Source of the DNA: the human T2T-CHM13v2.0 reference genome, Homo sapiens
Length of the DNA stretch: 64,000 nucleotides
Assembly (NCBI RefSeq): GCF_009914755.1
Contig: NC_060940.1
Strand: one strand, 5' to 3'
How positions within the stretch are numbered: the first letter of the stretch is position 1; each line of letters opens with the position of its first letter. Positions 13,761-27,939 of this stretch are shown here, piece by piece. Below the pieces are notes generated by a model, which saw only the letters and a program-made list of their open reading frames with translations, did no database searches and was not told the DNA's origin. Made by a program: the position numbers and the translations under genes.

Positions 13761-14818
13761 ACTTTTTAAAAAATCTTCCTTCTGAGAAGAAAAGATTTAA
13801 GCATTACACAGGATCCTAATTAAAAAGTACTATTACCATAAAGTAAGCAGAATATTGGCTTTTTGACATGAGGAGAGGATGGAGATGTCACTTAGAGAAA
13901 ACTCAAAGTGAAACACCAGCAGTATCCAAACCAAAAGCCAGAAGAAATGTTCGCAGGGCCATTAAAAAAAGAAACTACTACATAGTCGTTTTGTCGAACA
14001 TATTTTAAGAAGAAAAGTCTCTTTCAAATAATTACAAATTAAAAACTTGGCTCTGAGACTGAACTTTGAGCAGACAGATGAGAGAGATAAAATGAAATTT
14101 TTTTCTGCCAAGAATAATAAAGGTCTTGATACAAAGATGTGATGTTTTCCCCCCAGTGAAGCAACTCTGGAACAAGAAAAGCATGATGAGGAGGAGAAAT
14201 TCAGATTACAGAAGAATGGTGGCAATTCTTTCATTTATAACTTGCTAAAGAATGTTGAATCAGTTCCTTAATGAGCATGCAGAACTGAAAGTTTTTATGG
14301 GAGAACATTGAACGTTGTTTATACTGGATGAATGAATAGCGTTAGAGTAAATCGCTTGTCCTTATTCTATTGGGCGGCTTTGGTTATTTGAAGTAGATTT
14401 TCTTTTATTACCTTTCCAATGTCCTACACAACACAAACCTACAGCATTTTTTAGAGAGAACCTGGCCTCAATGGGAACTCACCTGACATTGGAGGCAGAC
14501 TTGGGACATATCAAATTGCCTATGTCACGAGTACCTTTGATAAAATGATCTCAGTATAGCTAATTTCTCTTGAGTTATGTCTCATGATAAACCAACTCTA
14601 GCAATGCTAAGATGGGACAGATTTCCAGAAATAATCATCACAAATTTTCAAAAGGCACTTTGTGCTGAAGTAGAAAATCTTTTATCCTAATCATAAGACC
14701 TTAGGAATGGATACTGGTTTGGGACTCAGGCAGCCTGGATAATGTTACAAACTCTACCGTATCTATGGTATCAAGCATCCTATATCACAATGTGCAAGAA
14801 ATTAACTTGTGTGGGAAC

Positions 14819-15000
14819 TAGGGGAGCCAGATTTGGCAAACTGAATTACAGGACCCCCAGTTAAATTTAGATTCAAATAAACAGCAATAGCTTTCAGTAT
14901 ATCTACAGTTTGGCGGACATACTTATATTAAAACAATTATTTGCTGTTTATCTGAAATTCTAATCTAACTCAAAATCCTATATTTTGTCTGGCAACTCTA
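14819..15000. mobile_element. MER53 palindromic hAT MITE
   Basis: Termini TAGGGGAGCCAGATTT...TTTTGTCTGGCAACTCTA; internal CCCAGTTAAATTT, GGACATACTTATA, TGTTTATCTGAAATTC. Confidence 0.85.
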
Positions 15001-15204
15001 CTTGAAATGCATCTGTCAAAATAATGAACTGGACTTTGCAAGTCAATCTTCAAGTACCATGTTATTTTTAGTTCAAATCCTATACTCATTTTCTTTTTAA
15101 CTATCTTCCTATGAACTCAGAGTGCCCATGCGTAGTCCTCACAAAAGCAACGTTGTTGGGCAGAAGAGATCACACTTGGGGAACTGTGGACAGTTTGAGA
15201 ATTT

Positions 15205-15490
15205 ATTTATTTATTTTAGACAGGGTCTCCTTCTGTCTTCAAGGCTGGAGTGGAGTGGGGCCGTTTCGGCTCACTGCAACCTCTGCCTCCAAGGCTCAAG
15301 TGATTCTCCTGGCTCAGCCTCCTGAGTAGCTGGGGCTACAGGAGCATGCCACTGAGCCTGGCTAATTTTTGTATTTTTAGTAGTTTCACCATGTTGCACA
15401 GGCTTGTCTCAAACTCCTGAGCTCAGATGATCTGCCTGCTTCAGCCTCCCAAAATGCTGGAATTAGAGGTGTGAGCCACTATGCCTGGCT
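15205..15490 (-). mobile_element. Alu (AluJ/old AluS)
   Basis: Antisense Alu flanked by perfect 13-bp TSD AGTTTGAGAATTT (15192-15204, 15491-15503). Confidence 0.95.
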
Positions 15491-16049
15491 AGTTTGAGAA
15501 TTTTTAACATCAATGTAACTGAGATCAGTAAAACTCAAGGAAGGATCTTTCATTCCCCCAGGAGAAGGTAGAATAGGCCCTTCAGTATTGACAGGTGACC
15601 TACAATGTAAAAGGCCTAAGGATGAAAGGATTAACTATGGTGCTAATTGATTGAGGAATTAGGAATAATGTTCTCTTTCATCCTCTGAGTTGATACAGTT
15701 CTCAGAAAACAACTAATACCCAAGGCCTGGAGTCAGAATAATTTATATTAGGAGCATGTACCACGCTGGATTAGTGGGTAACTTTCAAGCTCTTTTCAGA
15801 ATGCAGCACTCACAGATAATTGTTCACATGTACCAAAAAATAATAGAAATGCATTCACCAAACATACCTAGAACATGGGCAGAAGCCCGGTGGTGTATTA
15901 AGCAGAGGCAATAGCAAACAAATGTTGTTATGGTCCTCAGGTCACTGATAGGCTAATGGTGGTGTTGGCTTGGTGGGAGGTAGCACAGAAAATAGATGAA
16001 CGTAAAGAAAATGTGAAAAGTTCTTTGATGGGGGACTTAGGGGGCTGAG

Positions 16050-16420
16050 ATAATTCAGCAGAGTCACATAAACCAAGGTATGAGGCAGTTGGTCAAGGAA
16101 GACTTAGTGGATAAGCCAGTAGGTATGAGTTTAGTCTTGTAGTATATACATAAGTCAAATGCTCAAGGTGAGGAACAGCAATCCAGGCAGAGGGAACAGC
16201 AGGAGCAAATATTTAAGACATGAAATAAGATCCTATGTTCAGGTAACCACAGGATTTTGGAACTGTGAAAACACAGGGCTTGCTCAAGAAAGAGGAAAGG
16301 GGTGATGCAGAAAATACAGGCAGGAGGTGGATCACATACACACATGAATAATAAAGAAATGATAACCATAATTATAATAAGTTTTATTCTTTGGCCACTG
16401 CAAATGAAGAAAATGCTGAG
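16050..16420 (-). mobile_element. L2 LINE fragment
   Basis: TCCAGGCAGAGGGAACAGC hallmark of antisense L2 3' region. Confidence 0.55.
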
Positions 16421-16836
16421 ATTCATGCCTGTGCTGAAGCATACAAAGATGGAAAATCAGCTGGGAGTCAATTAACCATGAAAAAATAGCCAAAAGTCCA
16501 TAATTTTGGTGTCTGTCCCTTGGTCAAAATAAATGAATGTCTACTTTAATTATTCAGTTTCCATCTGGATATGTCAAGCCCTTAGGACATGGAAGAAGCA
16601 GAGTGTCTAAGACTCAGATTTACAAGGATGTGCGATTGTTGTGGGAGAAGGAAAAATAATTCTGTCCCATCATCGAGAGTGAATCAATGGGGGAGGTGAT
16701 GGAATAAAGGCAAAGGAAAATATCATATTGCAAACCTGTAATGCTAGACCTTGAGTTAGAAACAGGAATGATACTGAATCTTTACAGTCTTGTGAGGCAG
16801 GGATAATTCCTAAACTGGCAAACAAAAGAATCAGAG

Positions 16837-17134
16837 TGGCACCGTGGTTCATGCCTGTAATCTCAGCACTTTGGGAGGCCAAGACAGGCAGATTGCTTGA
16901 ACTCAGGAGTTCGAGACCAGCCTGGGCAACATGGAGAAACTCTGTCTCTCCCAAAAAAAAAAAAAAAAAAATCCAGGCATGGGGGTGGCATGCCTGTAGT
17001 TCAGCTACTCAGGAGACTGAGGTGAGAGGATCACTTGAGCCCAGGAGGCAAAGGTTGCAGTGAGCCAACATCGCGCCACTACACTCCAGCCTAGGTGACA
17101 GGATGAGGAAAAAGAGACAGAGAGAGAGAGAGAG
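16837..17134 (+). mobile_element. AluJ with (GA)n-converted tail
   Basis: J-type GGATCACTTGAGCCCAGGAG right arm; TSD AGAATCAGAG 16827-16836 and 17135-17144. Confidence 0.9.
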
Positions 17135-17861
17135 AGAATCAGAGAACTTAAGCCCAAGTTCTGGCATCAAACAAAATGATGTAACCTAAATTTGACCCCA
17201 GCTATAAGAAATAAACCCAAACACATGTGCCAAGCGTTCTCTAAGTCTGCAGCAAAAACAGTCAAAGAAAAGTGACTCATTATATAACAGAGGTAGTGCC
17301 TTTGCAAAAAAAGAAAATTAATTTCATTCTGATTTCCCCTGATTTGTACTGTATGTACCAAATCACAGCCCTCTGTGAAATTAAGGGCATTAGTTATCTT
17401 CCCATTCAGTTGCAGTGGCGTTATACTTGCGTACAGACATTCCTAACTGAGATGAGAAATATCAAGTTTTTACAAAATCATTCATCAAGAGGTGAGACCT
17501 AATCCTGATTAACGTTTCAATAAGAAGCCTGGGACAAAATAGAGAATCAGTACAGGATCACAGCAGCAATTAGGCATCTTCTAGACAGCCACGCTTTTCC
17601 TCAGACCAATCAAGTTTGAGCAAATGATAAATTTTTCCTTTCTCTCTTTTTGCCCCCTGCTGTGAAATGAACTACCTTAAATAACTGATGAGGTGACAGC
17701 AAGCCTGTTAAAGGAAACGTTTGCCCATTACGTGAAGCTTAATTAAACAGAGCACAGGGTAATCGTTCTTCCATCTAATAAGTGATACACCCTGGTTAAC
17801 ATCATCCTGCTTGCAGGGCTTGGTCTAGAAGGCCTGCGATGACACCCCACAAGTAAACTAG

Positions 17862-17866
<5 letters not shown>

Positions 17867-17914
<48 letters not shown>
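17867..17914. repeat. (CA)24 microsatellite
   Basis: Perfect CA repeat, 48 bp. Confidence 0.97.
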
Positions 17915-17916
<2 letters not shown>

Positions 17917-18096
17917 TTTTGAGAAATCACAAGCCAGTTTGCAAATGGAGTTGTGCATATGCAAATAAAGTTAATCAAATATTAATACTCATCTCCTGGT
18001 TATTCTCTCTTTAGATTTATTCAGAATGATGAAGCTACATTCATTTTCCCCCTTAGATGAGCCATTTAAAATTAATGATAAAAATTTAGCACCAGT

Positions 18097-18440
<344 letters not shown>

Positions 18441-18656
18441 CTATGGACTTGAAATCCTCCAAGAGTATGTCATTAATGCATGAAGATGGGGATCATAGGT
18501 GTTTTGCTCATTTTCTTATCTCCAGGTGGCGGCATGGTATGAAGCACTTAAGCAGTATTCAAAGAATACTTGTGTGAGAAAGACACTTACACTTGGATGC
18601 CTTCAAGGAAATGGGTAAATCCTAGAAATGTGTTTATGGGCAGTATTATGGAACAG

Positions 18657-19042
18657 TATTACGGGTTAAATTGTGTCTCCCAAAAAGATGTTGAAGCCCT
18701 AACCGCTAGTTTCAGTAAATCTGACATTATTTGGAATTAGGGTCTGTGCAGATGGCCAAGTTAAGATGCAGTCATTTGAATGGGCCCTAATTCTACGTGG
18801 CTGATATCTACAAAAAGAGGAAATGTAGACAAAAGGAGGAGGCCAAGGAATGCCTGAGTTACCAGAAGCTAGGAGGAAGGCATGAAACAGATTGTCCCTC
18901 AGAACACTCAAAAAGAACCAACTCTGCCAACACCTTGATTTTGAAATTGTAGCCTCCAGAATTGTAAGACAATAAATGCCTGCTGCTTAAGCCATCAATT
19001 TGTGGAACTTTGTTTCAATGGAAACCCCTGAAAACTAATACG
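18657..19042 (+). mobile_element. MaLR solo LTR (MLT1B/C-like)
   Basis: Start ...GGGTTAAATTGTGTCTCCCAAAAAGATGTTGAAG; end TAGCCTCCAGAATTGTAAGACAATAAA...AAACTAATAC. Confidence 0.85.
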
Positions 19043-19149
19043 GATAGAGTGGACTAAGATAGATGGAAGAACAACCCACTGCCAGGATGCCAGCCACCCC
19101 TGTTATCCTGGCCACAGGCCACATGTACCCTGAGAAGTAATGCTGCAGC

Positions 19150-19335
19150 CATGAGTACTAGGTTCATAGCCGACCTCTGCCCTTCCTAATCTTGTGGTCT
19201 CATTTCAAAACTGTGGGTAATAGTAGAGTACACTTCTCCTTAGGTTGTTGGAAGGATTAAATCAGATAATTCTTGTTGAAGTGCCGAACACTATGTATAG
19301 CATGTAGTAAATGCTCAAAAAATACTATTAGCATT
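19150..19335 (+). mobile_element. MIR SINE
   Basis: GGTTGTTGGAAGGATTAAATCAGATAAT...TAGTAAATGCTCAAAAAATA. Confidence 0.6.
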
Positions 19336-19904
19336 AGAGTCCCAGAATTAGAGCCCCGCACCCTAAAGCTTAATGGCATTGGAAACACTTTTACATTCCT
19401 CTGGTTAGTCACCATAACAGGGTGCACGTGGCTGTATCTGGACTGCCTACGTGGAATTGGCTGGTAATATAGGGTCCTTGGGGTCCAGATAGGCCCCTCA
19501 GCCTCTGAGGGACATGGCCAGGAATTCAGGCTGTTCACACTGGCTTTCACAAATAGCCTTCTGCTCCATCCCATCTCCTCATTTCCTCAAGTCCCCCTCG
19601 ACCCTCGAGTTATCAAGAGGAGGCTTTGAAATCTGCAAAGACCTAGTTATGTTGGAACTGACCCGAGAGGCCTGAAGGTCAGCAGGGCTCATGAGGTGCT
19701 GGGAGGCGGGGCTGGGGAGCTGCACGGGCAGTGACGTTGCAAGGCTGCTGGGAACCCAGCGAGAGGAGGAACCCTGACTTGTTTCAGTGAGAGGCTCAAG
19801 GCAAAAGAAGGAACACCTGTCAATCGGAGCATCCAGGGTGCCACACTGAGGTGGCTTCCTAATCCCTTGCATCAGGGAGTGTGCCCAGGGCTTGGTGATC
19901 ATTA

Positions 19905-20080
19905 TCTTATCTACTCTTCACAGCAACTCAGTCAGGTAGGTATTATTACCTTTATCTTACAAATGAGCGAAGTGAGGTTCAGAAGACCTTTGGTAATTCA
20001 GCTCAAAGTAAGTTGCAAAGCACATGAGCAGCTGGTATTCAAGCGCAGTGGAAGTATAGCCTGTCACAGCCAACCATTGT
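19905..20080 (-). mobile_element. MIR SINE
   Basis: AGGTAGGTATTATTACCTTTATCTTACAAATGAGCGAAGTGAGGTTCAGA. Confidence 0.6.
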
Positions 20081-20304
20081 GACTGGCTGCCTGCTGGCAC
20101 CCACAGCAGTGCCCCTGCTAGAAAGTCACTCTTAATGGGCGCTTGCTAACATTTAAATCTGATTGAAGACTGCATTATCAAACCCATCTGCTGATAGTTT
20201 ATAGCTATATACTTAAAAAGGCATAAATGCTTTTTGAATGCCAGGAGTGTGCGTTCTTAATTTCCCACAATGTTTATGGAATACCTGGAGTAGAGCAATC
20301 ACAA

Positions 20305-20450
20305 TAATAATTCATACTTTATAGCACTTTATAATTTACAAAGGGCTTTCATGAACATTAGCTCATTTTACACATCAGCCAACAAAGGTAAGGGTTATTA
20401 TTATCCTTGTTTTATTGATGAAGAATGAAAGCGTTAAGTCATACCTAGTC
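20305..20450 (-). mobile_element. MIR SINE
   Basis: TTTATAGCACTTTATAATTTACAAAGGGCTTTCA...TTATTATCCTTGTTTTATTGATGAAGAA. Confidence 0.55.
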
Positions 20451-20659
20451 TTTAGTATTCAGAGATCCGAGTGAAGATGAAGGCTGCTATCTGAGAGTTG
20501 GACTGAGGCTGGAAAACCCTGCCTCAAGAAAGAAAATCTGTTCCCTCAGGAAAAATATAGTTTCCACGTGAGAGTGGACAGGTCCAAAGTCAGCCCCAAT
20601 TTGGCTTTCTGTCTGCTCAGGGCTTCTTGTCCAGGTGGTCACAGCTCACTAACAGCAGC

Positions 20660-20850
20660 TGATGAGGATAGTGGCTTATAATTAGCAGGGGCTTATTTCA
20701 TGCTGAACACTATGCTAAGCACTCTACATACTTTCTTTTATTAATTTGCACACAGCCCTGTGTGTTTTTAATTATGTTATTGCCATCTTATAGGTGAAGA
20801 AATTGAAGCTCTAAGAGGCTAAATAGCTCACTCAAGGTCATATGACTACT
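20660..20850 (-). mobile_element. MIR SINE
   Basis: CACTATGCTAAGCACTCTACA...ATAGGTGAAGAAATTGAAGCTCTAAGAGGCTAAATAGCTCACTCAAGGTCA. Confidence 0.65.
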
Positions 20851-21804
20851 GTGATGATCTTAGAGGTTTCATTTTAACAATTTGACTTTAAGGTGGACTG
20901 CATGATTAGTGTAGCCTCTTCAACTATCTTCATTTTTATTTCCTGCTTTACCCCAGAGCCTCTTGACTCTCCCTATGGCTTTATTCAAAGGCTTGGCTTT
21001 ATTCTGCTTGGGACTCTAGAGGCAATGGATCTGGTACTCTACCTGCTTATATTAATAGGAAGGTGCCTGCCATGTTCCTCTTCCACAGAGACTGTAGTTT
21101 GCAAATAAAGAGATTGACTTTGTGAAAATGCCAGAACTCAGGCATTAAAATGTCCTGATGGAGACAGCTTTGAAGTCACAAAAGAAATGCAGACCCAACT
21201 ACCCTATTAGGGTCATAAATCACTGCTTACCACAACCCATGTAAAGGGGCCTGTTCTTCTTCCATTCTGCAGCCATCCTGCCTGCAGGATGTCGTTTTGG
21301 AAACGTCATATGTTCTACTAAGACAGACCTATTGCCATTTCTAAAATGATCCAAAATGCAGACCCCCCTCAAAAGAGTTCCAGAGATATTATTAGCCAAG
21401 GTGGTATCATAGGTAATTAGAGTCCAGCTCCCAATGGAAGATACACTTTGAAGGCAAGAAATCATTTGGATACTTGGGTCCCATACTGTTTGCAAACATC
21501 TGCCACTTGACTCTCTGCCTGAAATAACTCAGAAAAGAAGAAATTTTGAGATGAGAAGACAAAAGGCAGAAAGAAGATGGCAGGGCAGATGGAGATGTTT
21601 CATGCAAGAACTTTCGATGAGAAAGGGAACACTGAAACTAAACATATACTCTAGCCTAAGGTTTCTGTCATTCAGTGAGAGAGAGGAGACATTCAAGGGG
21701 GCAGACCACACCACATCACTGCAGCCTGCTCTGGGCAACATCACATGAAGGGAAAACCCGATAGCTCAGGCAGAGGAAGAGCTCCCTGAGAGATCTAAGA
21801 AGCT

Positions 21805-21995
21805 AACCTTGGATTTGAAGTTTCAGTTCAATTTCCATCTTCTGATGCCACTTACCAGCTGTGTGGCATCAAGAAAATCATTCAGACTTTCAGCCTCTGT
21901 TTTTGCACTGAGAACTGGAGACAAAATTCCCCACCACCCCGATTTCCTCATTGCAGAGGACAGAGTGTTAGGAAGATGGCACTCCAGCACATGTT
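21805..21995 (+). mobile_element. MIR SINE
   Basis: TGCCACTTACCAGCTGTGTGGCATCAAGAAAATCATT...CAGCCTCTGTTTT. Confidence 0.5.
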
Positions 21996-23377
21996 GTAAA
22001 ATTCTAGCTGTGACCTGGACTCCATCAGTCACTGTGAACCTCTGTCTACACAGCCCCAAGTTTGGAAACACCTGGATATTTGGAACTGTGTAGACTTGCA
22101 CCTTGCCATCCCCATCACCCCGACTCCTGTTTAGGGAGCCTTCCTTTGTGACAGTCATTGGTTTAAGTGCATTAGAATTAAAACATTCCTCTATCAACAC
22201 AAAAATCCTTCTGGTGTAGACACTGATTATTGGATGATTGTAATAACCACCCTCCTCTCTCCCCTAACAACCCTGCTAGAGTAACCCCCATCAAAGACAC
22301 CTGCTTCTGAACTGTTTACTTGGCCCTTGGGACCGTCCGCATCCCAGCAACAGGGACTCAGGCTGTTCCACTTCCCCGAGAAGACGAGAGTGCCAAGACC
22401 TGAGAGAAGAAACCCAAGAGGAGCCTGGGGCTAGGGAGGGATCTGGAAGTCACCAACCACTTGTGACAAAGAAGCAAAGAGAAACACAGAGCAGTCACTT
22501 GCCCAGTAGGAGGTAGATAAAAGATGAGAAGCCAGGCATCCCCACTCCTGAGTCAGGCTGAATCCAACCCCTCTGATGAGGGGAGAAAGCAAATGCACTC
22601 CAAAACTGGCAGGGATGTATTTCAAGAAGTGTTCATTCTTTTTTTTTCTTTTTTAATAAAAAAAGAATTGTTCTTTTAATTTCTTTAACGCTAACAAAAC
22701 TCCAAAGAAATGAGGAAAGAAGACATCTGCTGCTTGAGAAAGACTTCCATTTCCTAAGTCCCAGTTCCTTTTTACTCCGGGAAGATCTAATTTTATCTAG
22801 GCTTCCCGAATGCAGTCACACAGTGGGGACTGCTGAGATTGGGGCTCTGGCAGGGGGATTACAAGCAGAGCTTTTGTTTTGATCTCACTGCTTAGGTTAA
22901 TGCATCATGACTCCTCCACGGGCTGTTTCGCGGGACGCTGCTATCCCACTGTCTGCTAGGGAAGAAAATGTCTCGTGAAAATAAATCAAATGCAGCAGTA
23001 TTTACAAATCCTGAGTCGGATTTCCATCCTGTACAACAGGATGAGAATTTGACCCATTATTTACACCAGTAAGCTGAGAATGACATCAAAAGCTCTCTCA
23101 TTATCTCCGCAGGGGAGATAATGATTTAAGTGTCTTTAATCTAAACATGCAACTTACAATAGAAATGTGTATCTACTCCTTCCACAAAGGAGAAAAGAAA
23201 CAGCACTTACTTCTATATTTAACAGACAGGACATCTAATTCTAAGCCTTGCTTCTAAATATCCGTGGATCCCACATCTCTATCATTTCACTCGGAAATTC
23301 CTCTTGCCTTGGGGAAATAGGATGCATGTCAAAGTCTAGGTAGAGAAGGAGCCCAAAATAGAGATGAAGGCACAGAG

Positions 23378-23430
23378 AAAACACCTTGGACACTTGGGAA
23401 ACAAAACACCTTGGACACTTGGGAAACAAA
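23378..23430. repeat. Perfect 25-bp tandem duplication
   Basis: AAAACACCTTGGACACTTGGGAAAC at 23378-23402 and 23403-23427. Confidence 0.95.
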
Positions 23431-23901
23431 TACAGCATTCTTTATGCAGTCTGTAAAAGCAGACTTGGTCTCCTTTCGCTCCATTCCCTTGTTTCCTACC
23501 GCACACCTGCCTCTGATCCTATTTCACAGGGATGCTCTAAGAACAGGTGAGAGAAAAGAAGTGAGGACATTTAACTTTAAAACTCTCTGCAGAGACACAT
23601 CACTTTATCATTGTTGCCACTCATATTCTTACAACATCTTAGGATCTGTCTTTTTTGGGCACCAGAAGAATGGGGTGGGAAGCATCTGGATGTGAAAGAG
23701 ATGAAGTCCAGCCCCATTATTTCCCACCTCTGTGGCTTCTTAGGCAAAGCATGAACTGATTTAACTCTTGGTTTTCGCCTCTGTAGAATGCGCACTTGCC
23801 TCCTTCCTTGCCATATGAAGCAAGTCCTCAATTAATGTTAGTCTGCCTCATCGATGTGTCTATTCTAATGAATTAATTTTCTCACCTGTAATAAAATTAC
23901 T

Positions 23902-25357
<1,456 letters not shown>

Positions 25358-25509
25358 AAAATTACTGTAATTTAGCAGCATTGAGTTTGTAGAGTGCTTG
25401 AAAATAATGGCTTACTAATATATAATTCATGTATCATAAAGACCATGCTTTTTATTGACATGTAATATGTTATATATTTATTGGCCACATATGATGTTTT
25501 GTTGCATGC

Positions 25510-25650
25510 ATAGAAAATGTAATAAGCCTTTTAAAGGGTACAGTGTTTGCTGGTATGTTGTAAAGTTGTGCACATATCACCAATATCTAATTTCAGAACA
25601 CTTTCATTACTCCCCAGAAGCAACCTCATAGCCATCAGTAGCTACTATTT
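25510..25650 (-). mobile_element. Old L1M 3' fragment
   Basis: TTTTAAAGGGTACAGT...AAAGTTGTGCACATATCACCAATATCTAATTTCAGAACACTTTCATTACTCC. Confidence 0.65.
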
Positions 25651-26749
25651 TTAGAACATATTTTACTAACCAACATCCTGGTATTCTTCAAGGTCTAAGA
25701 ACTCTTCTCTAAAGTCCACAGTGAACTTTCTCCTGAACTTACAGCCAGCGCCAAAGTGCTGGGCAATTGTGTAACACTTTGGAGTTCCTGGATTGACACC
25801 TGACATCTTCCTGGCCTTCCCAAATAGACGGTATGTTCTTGGAAAGCAACAACCATGTTTTCCGTATTTTCTTTCTCCTCCAGCACCTCAGCTCAGAGCT
25901 GAACACACAAGTAGGTGCACACATGGGTACCAACTGATTGACCAATCGCCACCTCTTCCAAAGACCAGCACATTTGTCATCTGTCTGCTACTCTGAATTC
26001 TGGTGCTTCCACAAGCTGTGAAGAATAATCATGTTCCATGATTATTCTCTCCATAGTATGTGCTGTTAATTTTTCATCTTAATGAACTGTCCAGTCGAGT
26101 GTAGCAATGGGAATAGTGATAAAAGCACAATAAAAAATGTCTTATGCCTTGATACTGTCAGAAACCTTTTCCCTACAACATCCGCACATAATTGAAATAA
26201 AATATCTCAATGGCTACAAACACCATTTGTCAAGAATAAAGTGGATTAAGTGCTATTTCAAAAATTCATACTAACAGGCTTCATAAACATGGATTATTGG
26301 AATGTTCTTCTGATTGATACCTACTCAAGCATTTTAAGCGCATGGCTTTTATTCTCCGCGTTTGCTTGAGTGAAACCACTTTGGGTACTGAACTACATGT
26401 CAGCCCCAATTTTCCAGAGTATTACAGATGCACAGCCTTTCCTGCTGGGAGATGGGTCAGGCAAGCCGGAGCAGGCCCAAAAGGCCCATGCTAATGCACG
26501 GGCAGGGAAACCATTATGCAGCTGTTGGCTTCCCCAGAGTGGAGTGCTCCAGGCAATGATGCCCCTCAAATCTGAGTAATGGTCCAGGAGGAACTCAGAG
26601 AGAGAGAGAGAGATGTCTGAAGATTCTGCTCATCCCAGCAGTGTGGAGGAGCCCAGGCTCCAGGCTTCTGCCCCAAACATACCAACCATCATATTCCTGT
26701 CAACTCATTAGGCAAATGCTTAATAATTGGCTATTGGTGTAGTCACATT

Positions 26750-27300
26750 GGTTTAGTCATTAATTCAAGAAATATTTAGAGTGCTACTAGTATGGATGGC
26801 GCTGCCCTTGACATCCAGGACGTAGGGGTGGGCATGGCTGAACAAGTCTCTAAACTTCACAGGGCTTAGAATCCCATGGGGAAAACAGACAATATAAAAA
26901 TCAGCCATGAAATGAAATAGACATGGTATTTGCTAATTGTGATTGCTGCTGTGAAGAATTAGACACAATGAGGAAGTGTCCAATGACTACAGGGTGGGTG
27001 GAGGATATGGCTTCAGAGGTTGTGAAGTCAGGAAAGGCCTCTCAAAAGGGAGCATTTCAGCTGAATCCTGAAAGGTGTGTGAGGAGACTTCCAAGACTGA
27101 GAGAATAGAAAATGCAAAGTCCCTGGGGTTAGAAAGGGCTGGGTCTGCTCAAGGGGCAGCAATTGTCAAATGCAGCTGAGCAGATGCGCAAAGAGAGAGG
27201 TAGGGAATGACTGTCTCAAGGAGAGCATTGGCAGCAAAATTTGCATCTGGATTTTATTCCAGTTAAAACAGGACGTCAATAAATAGTTTAAAATAAGGAC
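26750..27300 (-). mobile_element. L2 LINE 3' region
   Basis: ATTAATTCAAGAAATATTTAGAGTGCTACT...GTCAGGAAAGGCCTCTC...ATGCAAAGTCCCTGGGG. Confidence 0.65.
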
Positions 27301-27939
27301 CGTAGAGAATTGCAAGAAAACCCCCACTTCACTCCTCCCTTGGACCTTATTCCATCCTGCTACAAATTAAATCTTGACCTGTCTTCCCTCCATCTGGTAT
27401 TTTTCATTCAACTTCTGATCCTGACAGTGATTTCCACTGGCTTTTTCATCTGCACCTGAATCCTCCCTCTCCAAATCTATTGTGGACAGACATTCCAGCC
27501 CCTGTTCTCCTGCCTATCCTAAGTTCCTTGTAGCCCCAACTTCACTCTGGGTCCTTCTCTAACAGGGTGGGAAAACCTTTCAGACACTGCTACTGATTTC
27601 CTGGAAGCAGTGTTTACTCTGCAAAGCAATCAGCAGGGCTCTGGTGATGGGAGGCTTCTCTTGCTACTCCATGTAAATGCTGAGGTGACCAGAATGCTCT
27701 GAAAGTTGCATAATTTTAGTGCAGAAACAGGATTAATATCTGCCTTCAGAGTAGAAGTAATTTAAGTTCCTTGTAACCAGAGGTCCTTTTCTGTCTTGTT
27801 CACCACAGTATCTTGGTACCTAGTACAGTGTTTAGCATCCCATGAATAAGCATTCAGTGAAAACAATGGAGGAACAAATGAATCTTGTGTATTCATGCAC
27901 AGACATAGGAAGGCTTGTTGCAAAATATTTAATAGAGTT

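Noticed and set aside
14158-14270. Plus-strand acceptor TTTTCCCCCCAG followed by charged peptide EATLEQEKHDEEEKFRLQKN
   Set aside because: Only a weak donor (G/GTGGCA) and peptide not recognised; probably purine-rich chance sequence.
14910-14932. miR-1302-like sequence in MER53
   Set aside because: Seed differs (TTGGCGGACAT vs TTGGGACAT) and the pairing arm is partly deleted, so the precursor hairpin is broken.
23211-23335. Minus-strand pseudo-exon (CTCTACCTAG/ ... GAA/GTAAGT)
   Set aside because: Donor lacks G at -1 and no clear branch point; not distinguishable from common chance pseudo-exons.
23378-23430. Direct repeats as a CRISPR-like array
   Set aside because: Two adjacent copies with no spacer in primate DNA; a simple tandem duplication.
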